A DNA stretch of 64,000 nucleotides from Eledone cirrhosa. Its lineage: Eukaryota. A program made the position numbers and the translations under genes. How positions within the stretch are numbered: position 1 is the first letter of the stretch; every line of letters begins with the position of its first letter. Of this stretch, positions 62,416 through 64,000 are shown in pieces. The notes under the pieces are model-generated. The model did not search any database and was not told the DNA's origin. It was given only the letters and a program-made list of their open reading frames with translations. The DNA lies in NCBI GenBank assembly GCA_964016885.1, contig OZ024741.1:120962001-121026000 (forward strand), written 5' to 3'.

Positions 62416-63106
62416 GTGGTTTAATTAAAGAACAAACAAAAGAATCATAATTACGTTACCTTTTCTCCTGAAACTCTGAGATAACTGCACTGCAATACCT
62501 CCTAGGAGACACTATATTATCTAAGGGTTTCGGTTTCTGTCTGCTGGTAGTTTGCTGATATAAGGGGAAAAATAATAATCTAAACTATAATAAAGGAAGG
62601 TCTGCTGGATTGCATACGGTTTATTGTTTTTTATCCCGTTTGTAAAATAAGTTGGATTACTTTGAATAAATAATTGTTTCTACTTTTGGCACAAAGCCAG
62701 CACATAACCAGTGCATTACTGGTACTTTATTTTATCAACCCCGGAAGGATGAAAGGCAAAGTTAACCTCGGCGGGATTTGAACTCAGATCATACAGAGAA
62801 GTAACTCTATGCTTCAAAGCATGGCATCCGACCCTCTACCGATACTGCCAATCCACTTTGAATAAATAATGAATGAATATTACATAATTTATCTACTCAA
62901 TTTCGTAAACAAAAATAATTTTGTAAAAATAAATAATTTCAATTTGACTTCTTTTCAAAGTTGCACTTCTGGTATATCGTCGCCACCACCACCACCACCA
63001 CCATTTCAACTACCATATATATAGAAAGAGAGAGTGTATGATGAGAGAGATATAGCGATTATGATTTTCTACATGCTGACGCGTATGATTGTGCACGTAC
63101 ATCTAT

Positions 63107-63474
63107 ATGTAGGTGTCACGACAAAAAACACACAGTCCACGCTGTAAATGTGGCCGTGTAGGCAACACGGTAAAAACCTCCCAGCCCCACACTGTAAATG
63201 TGGTTGGTGTTAGGAAGGGCATCCAGCTGTAGAAAACCCGCCAGACAGTCCACGCTGTAATGTGGCCGTGTAGGCAACATGGTAAAAACCTCCCAGCCCC
63301 ACACTGTAAATGTGGTTGGTGTTAGGAAGGGCATCCAACTGTAGAAAACCCGCCAGACAGTCCTATGCGAGCAAGACAACCACTCTTGCCTCAAGTGGGA
63401 AAACCCCCGTCCAAACCCATGCAAGCGTGGAACACGGACGCTAAACCTGATGATGATGATGATGATGATGATGA
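63107..63474 (+). mobile_element. RTE family A 3' UTR fragment with internal ~110-bp duplication
   Basis: Matches 25481-25732; (TGA)n tail. Confidence 0.9.
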
Positions 63475-63482
63475 ATCATAAT

Positions 63483-63828
63483 GGAGGCACATGGCTTAGT
63501 GGTTAGAGCATTGGCCTTGCAATCGAAAGGTTGTGAGTTCAATTCTCAGACCGGGTGATGTGTTGTTTCCTTGAGCAAGACACTTTATTTCACATTGCTC
63601 CAGTTTACTCAGCTGTAGAAATGAGATGATAGGGACTGGGGTCCCTATCATTCCACTGCAAAGTGGTCGTGGAGGTGCCACGGCAAAAAAGCACCCAGCA
63701 CTCACTGTAAATGAGGTTGGTGTTAGGAAGGGCATCCAGCTGTAGAAATCAAGCCAGAATCAGTTCCCATCCCACCCTTGCAAGCAGGGAAAAAGCAGAC
63801 GTAAAATGAAATGATGATGATGATGATG
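63483..63828 (+). mobile_element. Full-length mosaic SINE: tRNA head + CORE-like domain + hairpin + RTE-B 3'UTR module + RTE-C tail
   Basis: A box tggcttagtgg, B-box-like gagttcaattc, tccttgagcaagacactt; 63664-63767 resembles 40652-40801; tail resembles the reverse complement of 10630-10668. Confidence 0.9.
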
Positions 63829-64000
63829 AATCGCGCAAACACAAACTTACAAAAATACACTCTCACGGACATAATTCACACATATACACATACTTTCACA
63901 CAAATACACATACATTCACACACTTTCACACAAATACACATACATTCACACTTGCCTCCCACCGTAGATGACCTGTCTAATCCATGCAAGTGTGGAAATA

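Overview
AT-rich eukaryotic (animal) DNA. The SINE/LINE repertoire and (TA/TATG)n microsatellites suggest an octopod cephalopod; this is inference, not verified. The window lies inside one large + strand gene, a GAP1-family Ras GTPase-activating protein (RASA2/RASA3-like). Ten GT-AG exons (34879-61250) splice in frame and encode the end of C2A, all of C2B and the start of the RasGAP domain, including the arginine finger (IFRGN). The gene start and end lie outside the window. The first ~34.9 kb, apparently one intron, is a dense nest of transposons sitting in (TA)n runs. It holds at least three related RTE LINE families carrying a PHD finger within ORF2, a BovB-like RTE, CR1-type and other LINE fragments, two Penelope-like elements (RT + GIY-YIG), hammerhead ribozyme motifs in Penelope-type terminal repeats, a DD37D (maT) Tc1/mariner deletion derivative, bipartite RTE-derived elements and tRNA SINEs. 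Later introns hold a near full-length RTE, a 6.4-kb array of a 41-bp hairpin-forming satellite, minisatellites, a non-autonomous Helitron and many SINEs. The most interesting signals are four hammerhead ribozyme motifs, inverted LINE pairs bracketing a 279-nt stop-free exon block (circRNA / A-to-I editing candidate), a mosaic SINE built from two RTE families, the hairpin satellite, and fold-back duplications at TE termini. There is no CRISPR or other prokaryotic system, and most ORF-track entries are microsatellite or antisense artefacts.
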